A DNA stretch of 24,000 nucleotides, from positions 10,361-34,360 of the forward strand of contig DATKXP010000605.1 of the NCBI GenBank assembly GCA_035529015.1. Reading direction: 5' to 3'. The notes under the pieces were generated by a model, which did no database searches, was not told the DNA's origin, and worked only from the letters and a program-made list of their open reading frames with translations. Within the stretch, counting starts at the first letter, position 1. Every line of letters begins with the position of its first letter. A program made the position numbers and the translations under genes. This document shows positions 13,802-20,740 of the stretch, piece by piece. Source of the stretch: Phycisphaerae bacterium (GTDB taxonomy: Bacteria > Planctomycetota > Phycisphaerae > FEN-1346).

Positions 13802-15076
13802 CTACTGGCCCTCGTCGCCTACTTTTCGATACTCCATCGGCTGGCTTACCGTCCCCTGCCGCAGATCGCGCACAAGGACCTTCGGCCAGGGCGCTTCCTT
13901 GTCGCCGATGACAACGACAAAGCGTGCACCAGAACTTATCGCATTCTTGCTCTGGCGGTTGATCTTGCCTCCCTTGAGATCGAATTGCACGCGCTTGCCT
14001 CGGGATCTGAGATGGCGCACCATCTGCAACACCTTTGGCCAGTCCGGGTTCCAGGCGGCCACGTAGTAGTCGGTTTCGGACCCTTCCGGCGGTCCCAGGC
14101 CGCGCTCCTTCAGCAAGAGCCCCAGGACGGCGTCGCCACAGGCGAATCCGCAGGCGGGCATCGACTGACCGCCCACGTCGCCGAGGAGGCGGTCATACCG
14201 GCCGCCCCCAAAGATGGCCCGAAACTCGCCCTTGCGGTCATAGACCTCCCACACCGGCCCCGTGTAGTACGCCAGGCCGCGGACGATGCCGATGTCGAAA
14301 CGGCACCAGTCGGCGATGCCGTAGTCGGCGAGCAAGCCGAAGAGACGTTTCAGTGACTCGGCGGGCGTCTGAACCGAACCGATGGCGTCCAGTTCCCCCA
14401 GATCCCGGAACGTCAGGACACGCTCCAAGCGGGACCTCTCTTCGTTCCCCAGTCCTGCCTCATCCAGCATTCCCGCCAATGCCTCGGCCGGGACCTTGTC
14501 GCGCTTGTCGAGAATGGCAAATACGCTCGGGACAAGGTCCTCTGAGACACCGACGTACGTCTGCACGAGAGCGCTCAGGAGGCGGCGGTCGCTGACGCGG
14601 ATCTCGACGTCCTCGGGTCCGAGGCCGACGGCTTTCAGTCCATCGACGGCCAGGGAGATACACTCGGCGTCGGCGATCTCGCCTTCAACGCCGATCAGGT
14701 CCACGTTCCACTGGAAGAACTCGCGGAGGCGGCCCCTCTGGGCGCGCTCGTATCGGAAGCACCGCGAGATGTTGAACCAGCGGATGGGCGTCGGGAGCGC
14801 GGCCTGGCGTGCGGCAATCATGCGGGCGAGCGTGGGCGTGAACTCCGGGCGCAGGGCGAGTTCGCGGCCGCCCTTGTCCGTGAGCCAGTACAGTTGCTCG
14901 GCGATCTCGGGGCCGCTCTTCTCGGTATACAGGTCGAGCGGTTCGAGGACGGGGCCGTCCACCTCGACGAACCCCGCGCGCCGGCTGGCCGCACGCCACT
15001 GCTCGAAGAGCCAGTTGCGCAGCGCCATCTCATCGGGGTAAAAGTCGCGTGTTCCCCTGACCGATTGGATCTTCAT
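13802..15076 (-). CDS. hisS: Histidine--tRNA ligase
   Basis: 424 aa. MKIQSVRGTRDFYPDEM..., class II motifs LALRPEFTPTLARM, RCFRYERAQRGRLREFFQWNVDLIG, GGGRYD, and a C-terminal anticodon-binding domain. Confidence 0.95.
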   Translation of the reverse strand: MKIQSVRGTRDFYPDEMALRNWLFEQWRAASRRAGFVEVDGPVLEPLDLYTEKSGPEIAEQLYWLTDKGGRELALRPEFTPTLARMIAARQAALPTPIRWFNISRCFRYERAQRGRLREFFQWNVDLIGVEGEIADAECISLAVDGLKAVGLGPEDVEIRVSDRRLLSALVQTYVGVSEDLVPSVFAILDKRDKVPAEALAGMLDEAGLGNEERSRLERVLTFRDLGELDAIGSVQTPAESLKRLFGLLADYGIADWCRFDIGIVRGLAYYTGPVWEVYDRKGEFRAIFGGGRYDRLLGDVGGQSMPACGFACGDAVLGLLLKERGLGPPEGSETDYYVAAWNPDWPKVLQMVRHLRSRGKRVQFDLKGGKINRQSKNAISSGARFVVVIGDKEAPWPKVLVRDLRQGTVSQPMEYRKVGDEGQ

Positions 15077-15089
15077 GGGGTGTCCTTCG

Positions 15090-15857
15090 TCAGGGCGTGT
15101 CGATTTCCTTCACGATTCGCTCGACGGAACCGTCGGCGTGTTCGACGACGAGTTCGGCGCCGGTGCGTCCGGCGCGGGTGATCTGGGCGTGTTCGGGCGA
15201 GTAGACGACCTCGTAGGCGCCGCTGTTGTCGGGACCGACGAGGCGGAAGCCGCCGGCCTCGGCATTCTCGTCCTCGCGACGGGCTATGCTTGTGCGCTCG
15301 CCGGTCGTCTTCGTGAGGGCCAGTTCGACGCGTTTGGGTGGCCCGCCGCGCGGCTGGATCGGCAGGCGGATCCGGGTGCGATAGCAGGTGATCCGCATCA
15401 CCTGTTCCTTGGCCGACGGGATGTCGGGACGTTCGGCGATGCCGGGATAGAAGAACCATGCGTCTTTCGTCTTGTCGTAAACCCAGTCGCACTTCCCGCG
15501 CATCAGGAACGGCTGCGCGTAGACCTCGTACTCCTGCGGCTTGGGGCCGGCGCTGAACGTGCGTGTCCATCGGTAGCGGCCGGCCACGTCGCCAGTAGCG
15601 ACAACGGTCTCGTCGCCGTCGAGGCCGAAGACGACGAAATGGACGCCGCCGGGATCGGTTTCAAGTTCGAACGTCACGGGCTCACCGTCGTAGGCCCACT
15701 GGTGCTGCATGATGGAGAACTTGCCGCCGGGCAGCGCCGTGTCGGCCCACATCCGCGCGTAAACCTGGGGCCCACACCCGGCCAGAGGTGCGCACGCCGA
15801 CGCAAGGAGCATGAGCGCGACGACGATGCTCGGGTGGTGACGGCTTGGGATTCTCAT
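15090..15857 (-). CDS. Lipoprotein, unknown function
   Basis: ORF 15090..15944 is trimmed to the ATG at 15857: MRIPSRHHPSIVVALMLLASACAPLAGCGPQ, with lipobox L-A-G-C. The mature part has ordinary soluble-protein composition (W/Y/K/E-rich). I recognise no domain. Confidence 0.72.
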   Translation of the reverse strand: MRIPSRHHPSIVVALMLLASACAPLAGCGPQVYARMWADTALPGGKFSIMQHQWAYDGEPVTFELETDPGGVHFVVFGLDGDETVVATGDVAGRYRWTRTFSAGPKPQEYEVYAQPFLMRGKCDWVYDKTKDAWFFYPGIAERPDIPSAKEQVMRITCYRTRIRLPIQPRGGPPKRVELALTKTTGERTSIARREDENAEAGGFRLVGPDNSGAYEVVYSPEHAQITRAGRTGAELVVEHADGSVERIVKEIDTP

Positions 15858-15940
15858 TCGACGGCCTGCCTGTCCCCGGGAAGCGGCGCCGGCACCAGGC
15901 ACAGCGCTTGGGCGGATGGTATGGCGGCAGGAAGGGACTG

Positions 15941-16846
15941 TCAAGGCTCTTGGGCGTCGCCGCCTGGTGGTGAGGCGTCGGGCGGCCGATGATCGGCCTC
16001 CGAGGCATCGTCCGGCGTCTCGTCGTTCGCCTCATCTGAAGGGGTCAAAGACGGCTTCGGCGTTCGCCGGCCGCGAATACGGTGATAGAGCCCCACGGCC
16101 GGCCCGCTCAAGGCGTACGCACCGAATCCCACGGGCAGGACCACCTCCTTCAGCACCGTCGCCAGTGCGATGCCTACGACCACCATCACCAGATGGCTGA
16201 CCGGCCGCCGGCCGCGAACAAACTGGTTCAACAGGTGCGAGTACCGGAAACTCGACACCATCAGCAGACCCAACAGGGCGGCGAGGATCGGCAGCGTCCA
16301 CAACAGGACGCGGACGGTGCCTTCGTGCGCATGCTCTTGCATAAAATCGGCCAACACGATAACCACCGAGACCAGCGCCCCGGCCGCCGCAGGCGACGGC
16401 AGGCCCTTGAACACCATGTGGGCCTCTTCTTCGTGGACGTTCTCGACGTTGAACCGCGCGAGGCGGATCAACGTGCATCCGAGATAGACCGCCGCACAGA
16501 CCCACGGGACGCGCAGCAGGACGCTCGGCACGGCACCGCCCAGGCATTCGACGACGACGCGGTTCATCAGAAACGCGGGGGCCACGCCGAAACTGACGAC
16601 GTCGGCCACGCTGTCGAGTTGGCCGCCGAAATCGCTGGTGGCCCGCGCGAATCGTGCAAGGCGACCGTCGAGCGCGTCAAACACCATCGCCAGAATGACC
16701 AGGTATCCGGCCCACTTGGCGGCCTCGGGGAAGGCATCTGGAGTTCCCAGGACGGCCCTGGTCATAAGCGTGATGGCGCCAAAGCCGCACAGCGCATTGG
16801 CCAGGGTGCAGAGCGAGGGCAGAATCAGGATCCGCGGGATTCTCAT
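15941..16846 (-). CDS. pssA: CDP-diacylglycerol--serine O-phosphatidyltransferase (CDP-alcohol phosphatidyltransferase family)
   Basis: CDP-alcohol motif DALDGRLARFARATSDFGGQLDSVADVVSFG (D-G-x2-A-R-x8-G-x3-D-x3-D). Polytopic membrane protein with an acidic C-terminal tail of about 45 aa. ATGA overlap with the psd stop. Confidence 0.87.
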   Translation of the reverse strand: MRIPRILILPSLCTLANALCGFGAITLMTRAVLGTPDAFPEAAKWAGYLVILAMVFDALDGRLARFARATSDFGGQLDSVADVVSFGVAPAFLMNRVVVECLGGAVPSVLLRVPWVCAAVYLGCTLIRLARFNVENVHEEEAHMVFKGLPSPAAAGALVSVVIVLADFMQEHAHEGTVRVLLWTLPILAALLGLLMVSSFRYSHLLNQFVRGRRPVSHLVMVVVGIALATVLKEVVLPVGFGAYALSGPAVGLYHRIRGRRTPKPSLTPSDEANDETPDDASEADHRPPDASPPGGDAQEP

Positions 16847-17496
16847 CGAAATCGCCCCAGGATCGTCTCGCCGGCCTTGACGGATTGGCCGAGGCGGACC
16901 TCGACCGCAAAACCGCTTTCGACTGGCACGTACACCTCGGCCCGCGACCCAAGTTTGACCATGCCGTACCGGTTGCCGCGCGCAAGGTGCTGGCCGACCG
17001 CCGCCCTACACACGATACGACGGGCCATGGCCCCGGCGACCTGGCGGATGAGGATCCGCCTGTCTCCCTCGACACCGGTCAAGACCATCGCATTGGCCTC
17101 GTTGCGGGAGGAGGCGTCCGGCGCCCGCGCGTTGCGATGTCGTCCCGGCTGGTGGGCCAGCGCTTCGACCAGCCCGTCGCACGGAGACCGGTTCACGTGC
17201 ACGTCGAGGGGCGACATGAAGATGGCGATCTTGTGCGTAACCGACCGAAGGAACTTGGGTTCTTCGACCTCAGCGACCTCGACCACCTTACCGTCGGCGG
17301 GGGAGACGAGCACGTGCGGTTCGTCGGGCGTGCGGCGCGATGGGTCGCGGAAGAAATACAGCACAAAGGCCAAGGCCAGGACAAACAGGGGTGTCAGGTA
17401 CCACAGGAAGACGCCTGAGAGGACGGCGCCAACCAGCGAGATTCCACCGAACAGGAGCACCTCGCGAATTCCGTATTTAGTCAGGGGAATTCGCAC
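16843..17496 (-). CDS. psd: Phosphatidylserine decarboxylase proenzyme (short form)
   Basis: 217 aa with a GTG start. Two N-terminal TMs, FFRDPSR, and GNRYGMVKLGSRAEVYVP containing the G-S self-cleavage site. It is paired with pssA. Confidence 0.87.
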   Translation of the reverse strand: MRIPLTKYGIREVLLFGGISLVGAVLSGVFLWYLTPLFVLALAFVLYFFRDPSRRTPDEPHVLVSPADGKVVEVAEVEEPKFLRSVTHKIAIFMSPLDVHVNRSPCDGLVEALAHQPGRHRNARAPDASSRNEANAMVLTGVEGDRRILIRQVAGAMARRIVCRAAVGQHLARGNRYGMVKLGSRAEVYVPVESGFAVEVRLGQSVKAGETILGRFR

Positions 17497-17872
17497 GATC
17501 CGGTTCCCTCGGTTCGGCGTCGAAGTAATGGCCGCACGGCACCCGCGTCAGTTCCAGGTCTTTGGTGTCGATCGGGAAGTCGCGGCAGGTGAGCGTGCGG
17601 TGATCGTAGATGATGCAGCGGCTCTCGGCCGTCAGGAACGGACAGCGAAACGTGAGGTTGCAGCACGATCCGCAGTTGCGGCAGGTTCCGCGACGGAGCC
17701 TTCTCATGCGGGCCACGTAACGCGGGCGGAATCGGCTGAGCACCTGACGGCGAATCTGACCTGCCAACCGCAACGTCCAGAGCCAGATTCGTCCCAGAAC
17801 GCCGCTGGGGCTCTGGGCATGGTCCAAGTTGGCTTCCGCGATGCCACTCAAGTCGCAGGCCGTATCGGTCAT
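17477..17872 (-). CDS. YkgJ-family (UPF0153) cysteine-cluster protein
   Basis: CRNCGSCCNLTFRCPFLTAESRCIIYDHRTLTCRDFP is the CxxCxxCC...C...C...C pattern of YkgJ-type Zn/Fe-S proteins. I preferred the ATG at 17872; the ORF-track start at 17911 is a TTG. It overlaps the psd start by 20 nt. Confidence 0.72.
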   Translation of the reverse strand: MTDTACDLSGIAEANLDHAQSPSGVLGRIWLWTLRLAGQIRRQVLSRFRPRYVARMRRLRRGTCRNCGSCCNLTFRCPFLTAESRCIIYDHRTLTCRDFPIDTKDLELTRVPCGHYFDAEPREPDRANSPD

Positions 17873-17929
17873 AGTGTCCCTGAGTCTAAGCAGAGCCGTG
17901 CGGCGTGTCAACCGCCGGCTGCGCAGGTT

Positions 17930-18487
17930 CTATTCCAGGTTGGCGTGTCGGGAGTCGAGTTCCTGTGGCGGCGTACCCAGCCGCTGGCCGATCTCGGCGC
18001 TGACGGCGTCCAGCAAGACCAGCAGTGCCTGCTCGAAGAGCGACCCTCCGTACTGGGCGGAGGCGCCGGCCTCGGGGCTCGTGACCTTCGAGGGTGCAGG
18101 GATGATAATCGTCTCATCGGCCTGTTGGGCCATGGGCGACTCGGGCATGGCGGTGATGGCAAAGACGCGGGCGCCGGCCTCCCGGGCCACTTGCGAGACG
18201 AGGACCGTGACGTGGGTCTCGCCGCTGGCCGAACACGCCAGCAGCAGATCGCCGCTCTGGATGGCCGGCGTGGTGGTCTCGCCGACGACGTAAGTAACCC
18301 GGCCCAGGTGCATGAGCCTCATGGCGAGCGCGCGTGCCATGAGGCCCGATCTCCCGCCGCCCGCCACGTAGACGCGCCGGGCCTTGAGAATCTCATCTTT
18401 CAGGCGTTCAAGGCCCTCCGGTGACACCTCGGCCAGGGTGCCCTGGACTTCGCGAAGGATATCGTTGATGGCTTGACGGATCGGCAT
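17930..18487 (-). CDS. hxlB: 6-phospho-3-hexuloisomerase (SIS domain, PHI)
   Basis: 185 aa. VYVAGGGRSGLMARALAMRLMHLG, LLLACSASGET, and the C-terminus GGSLFEQALLVLLDAVSAEIGQRLG...SRHANLE closely follow the HxlB/PHI pattern as I recall it from B. subtilis HxlB (...GSLFEQTLLLFYDAV...THHANLE). Confidence 0.82.
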   Translation of the reverse strand: MPIRQAINDILREVQGTLAEVSPEGLERLKDEILKARRVYVAGGGRSGLMARALAMRLMHLGRVTYVVGETTTPAIQSGDLLLACSASGETHVTVLVSQVAREAGARVFAITAMPESPMAQQADETIIIPAPSKVTSPEAGASAQYGGSLFEQALLVLLDAVSAEIGQRLGTPPQELDSRHANLE

Positions 18488-18517
18488 CGAATCGTGCCCG
18501 GGTCACAACCCGCGATG

Positions 18518-18546
18518 ACTATACCGCCGTCGGCCTGCCGATACAA
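18518..18546 (-). promoter_or_regulatory. Putative promoter for the minus-strand string starting at the PHI gene
   Basis: Read on the minus strand: TTGTAT (18546-18541), a 17-nt spacer, then TATAGT (18523-18518). This sits about 30 nt upstream of the ATG at 18487. Confidence 0.35.
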
Positions 18547-18561
18547 CAGATTTGCTCCGGC

Positions 18562-18590
18562 TTGACAGCGATAGGGCCGCGGGCTACTGT
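18562..18590 (+). promoter_or_regulatory. Putative promoter for the kinase-pyrophosphorylase fusion gene
   Basis: Consensus -35 TTGACA (18562-18567), a 17-nt spacer, then TACTGT (18585-18590). It lies back-to-back with the minus-strand promoter. Confidence 0.4.
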
Positions 18591-18638
18591 GACTCACGTG
18601 GGCCAGAGCCGCAAGCCGGCTGACCGCGCCGGCAACAG

Positions 18639-18666
18639 CCGCAGTGCGTAGCCGCCGGCACTGCGG
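18639..18666 (+). promoter_or_regulatory. 5' leader hairpin abutting the Shine-Dalgarno sequence
   Basis: Perfect 9-bp stem CCGCAGTGC (18639-18647) / GCACTGCGG (18658-18666) with a 10-nt loop. It is immediately followed by GGGGAG (18667-18672) and the ATG at 18680. Confidence 0.4.
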
Positions 18667-18679
18667 GGGGAGACGTGGA

Positions 18680-20629
18680 ATGAGGGTTTTCGTTCCCGGC
18701 CGCATCTGTTTGTTCGGTGAGCACTCCGACTGGGCGGGCGGCCATCGCCGCACCAACGCCCAAATTGAGAAGGGTTACTGCATCATCACGGGGACGAACC
18801 AGGGGATTCACGCCAACGTCGAGCCGCATCCGAGTCACCTGATCGTCACCGCCGACCTCGGCGGGGTCGAACGGGAAGGCCCCCACGAGATTCCGATGGA
18901 CCCCGACGCCCTGCTCCGGGAGGCCCGGGCCGGCGGGCCGTTCTCGTATATCGCCGGGGTCGCGTACCAGATCCTCATGAACCACCACGTGCGGGGCCTC
19001 GTGATCGACAACGACCGGACGGACCTGCCGGTGAAGAAGGGGCTGTCGTCATCGGCGGCGGTGTGTGTGCTGGCAGCCCGTGCCTTCAACCGCGTGTACG
19101 ACCTGAAGATGACGGTCCGCGGCGAGATGGAGGCGGCCTACCGCGGCGAGTTGACCACACCGTCGCGGTGCGGCCGCATGGACCAGGGCTGCGCCTTCGG
19201 ACGGCGTCCCGTGCTCATGGTATTTGACGCCGACCTCGTGGAGGTGCAATCGATCCGGACCGGCGGCGACTTCCACATGCTGATTGTGGATCTCGAGCGC
19301 AGCAAGGACACACAGAGGATCCTGGCCGACCTGAACCACTGCTACCCGTTCGCCACGACCGATCTCGATCGCGAGGTGCACGAGTACCTGGGCCCGATGA
19401 ACAAGCGGATGGCCGAGCGGGCCATCGGGGCGCTCGGAGCGGGCGATGCCGAAGGGCTCGGCTTGCTGATGACCGAGGCCCAGGCCCTGTTCGACCGCTA
19501 TCTCCAACCGGCGTGCCCCGAGGAACTGACCGCCCCCCGGCTGCACGAGGTCCTGGCCCATCCGCCGATTCAGGACCTGGTCTGGGGCGGCAAAGGGGTG
19601 GGAAGTCAGGGCGAGGGCAGTGCCCAACTGCTGGCCCGCGACCCGGAGGCGCGGGACCGGGCGGCCGAGATCCTCAAGCGTGACCTCGGCGTGGAGTGTC
19701 TGCCGCTGGACATCACGCGGCCGAAACGGATCCGCAAGGCCGTTATTCCGGCGGCCGGGTTCGGTACGCGGATGTTTCCCTCATCGAAGGCCGTCAAGAA
19801 GGAACTGGCCCCGATCATCGACCGCGACGGCCTGGCCAAGCCCGTCATCCAGGTCATCGTCGAGGAGGCGTGCCGTTCGGGGATCGAGGACGTGGCCCTG
19901 ATCGTTCAGCCGCAGGACCGCCCCATCTTCGAGGCATACTTCAAGACGCCCTTGCCGCCCCAACACCTGAACAGCCTGCCGACGGCGCTGCAGGAGCATG
20001 CGGCCTACGTGACGTCGCTGGGCCGGCGGGTCACGTTTCTCGAGCAGGAGCATCAGGAGGGTCTGGGCCACGCCGTCCTGTGCGCGGCCGACTGGGTCGG
20101 GGACGAGCCGTTCCTGCTGATGCTTGGGGACCACGTTTTCCGGAGCGAGATCGAGGCGCCATGTGCCGCCCAGGTCATGGCTGCTTACGAGGCAAGCGGC
20201 GAGAGTGTCGTCGGCCTGGCGGTGACGCCCCCCGAGGAGGTTTCGAATTTCGGGACGGTCGGCGGCACGTGGGTTGAAGACGGGACGCTGCTGGCGATCA
20301 CCGAATTCGCGGAGAAGCCCTCTCCCGACTACGCCGAGGCCAAACTGCGGGTCGAGGGCATCGACGACGGGTTCCTCTGTCTGTTCGGCCTCTATGCCCT
20401 GGGACCGGGCATCTTCGACCACCTGCAACACCTGTGCGATCAGAATCTGCGCAAGGGCGGGGAGTTCCAGTTGACCGATGCCCTGTCGCTCCTGCGGAAA
20501 GAGGAGCGGTGTTTCGGCTGCCTCGTTCAGGGACGGCGCTACGATACCGGCCGGCCGGACCAGTACCTCAAGACGCTGACCGAGTTTGCGGCACCCCAAC
20601 TGCCAGGGCAGACGCCGCGCTCCCGCTAA
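18680..20629 (+). CDS. Bifunctional fusion: N-terminal GHMP-family sugar kinase, C-terminal UTP--sugar-1-phosphate uridylyltransferase (GalU/UGPase-like)
   Basis: ORF 18644..20629 is trimmed to the ATG at 18680. GHMP motifs: PGRICLFGEHSDW, LPVKKGLSSSAAVCVLAARAF, WGGKGVGSQGEGSAQLL. From about nt 19721 onward the motifs are IRKAVIPAAGFGTRMFPSSKAVKKELAPIIDRDG..KPVIQVIVEEA, QEGLGHAVLCA and LLMLGDHVF, typical of GalU-type nucleotidyltransferases. It is one continuous frame with no stop. Confidence 0.83.
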   Translation: MRVFVPGRICLFGEHSDWAGGHRRTNAQIEKGYCIITGTNQGIHANVEPHPSHLIVTADLGGVEREGPHEIPMDPDALLREARAGGPFSYIAGVAYQILMNHHVRGLVIDNDRTDLPVKKGLSSSAAVCVLAARAFNRVYDLKMTVRGEMEAAYRGELTTPSRCGRMDQGCAFGRRPVLMVFDADLVEVQSIRTGGDFHMLIVDLERSKDTQRILADLNHCYPFATTDLDREVHEYLGPMNKRMAERAIGALGAGDAEGLGLLMTEAQALFDRYLQPACPEELTAPRLHEVLAHPPIQDLVWGGKGVGSQGEGSAQLLARDPEARDRAAEILKRDLGVECLPLDITRPKRIRKAVIPAAGFGTRMFPSSKAVKKELAPIIDRDGLAKPVIQVIVEEACRSGIEDVALIVQPQDRPIFEAYFKTPLPPQHLNSLPTALQEHAAYVTSLGRRVTFLEQEHQEGLGHAVLCAADWVGDEPFLLMLGDHVFRSEIEAPCAAQVMAAYEASGESVVGLAVTPPEEVSNFGTVGGTWVEDGTLLAITEFAEKPSPDYAEAKLRVEGIDDGFLCLFGLYALGPGIFDHLQHLCDQNLRKGGEFQLTDALSLLRKEERCFGCLVQGRRYDTGRPDQYLKTLTEFAAPQLPGQTPRSR

Positions 20630-20644
20630 AAAAGGGTTCCAGGT

Positions 20645-20669
20645 AAAAAAGGTTCCAGGAACCTTTTTT
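20645..20669. terminator. AT-flanked perfect palindrome, candidate bidirectional intrinsic terminator (copy 1)
   Basis: AAAAAAGGTTCC-A-GGAACCTTTTTT. It is preceded by a half copy AAAAAAGGGTTCCAGG (20628-20643) that starts inside the TAA stop of the upstream gene. Confidence 0.5.
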
Positions 20670-20710
20670 GGCAAAACAGCCTTCTTGCCACCAAGAACGC
20701 CGAAAACGAC

Positions 20711-20733
20711 AAAAAGGTTCCAGGAACCTTTTT
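20711..20733. terminator. AT-flanked perfect palindrome, candidate bidirectional intrinsic terminator (copy 2)
   Basis: AAAAAGGTTCC-A-GGAACCTTTTT. It ends 8 nt before the stop (20741-20743) of the convergent minus-strand gene. Confidence 0.5.
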
Positions 20734-20740
20734 CTCCTGA

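Noticed and set aside
8811-15992. Other long antisense ORFs (8811..9938 -, 11196..12434 +, 13262..14356 +, 15075..15992 +)
   Set aside because: Each lies opposite a gene with better evidence: motifs, SD sequences, start/stop coupling, or a signal peptide/lipobox. Their translations show the typical antisense composition (L/V/D/G/A/R runs).
15847-17496. Three consecutive genes (psd, pssA, lipoprotein) all begin M-R-I-P; pssA and the lipoprotein gene share ATGAGAATCCC
   Set aside because: The identity is only 11 nt and does not extend into the flanks or further into the proteins. It is most simply a coincidence. It is recorded because a genome-wide count of MRIP N-termini would be easy to do.
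16082-18424. 780-aa plus-strand ORF, the longest in the window
   Set aside because: It runs antisense across pssA, psd, the YkgJ-type gene and PHI, all of which carry diagnostic motifs on the minus strand. It has no motif of its own and an Arg/Gln/Asp/Gly-rich composition. This is a high-GC artefact.
20628-20733. The repeated GGTTCCAGG-containing units as a possible mini-CRISPR array
   Set aside because: There are only two full copies plus a half copy. The units are A/T-flanked perfect palindromes with unequal spacing (1 nt and 41 nt). There are no cas genes. A terminator or REP-like interpretation fits better.
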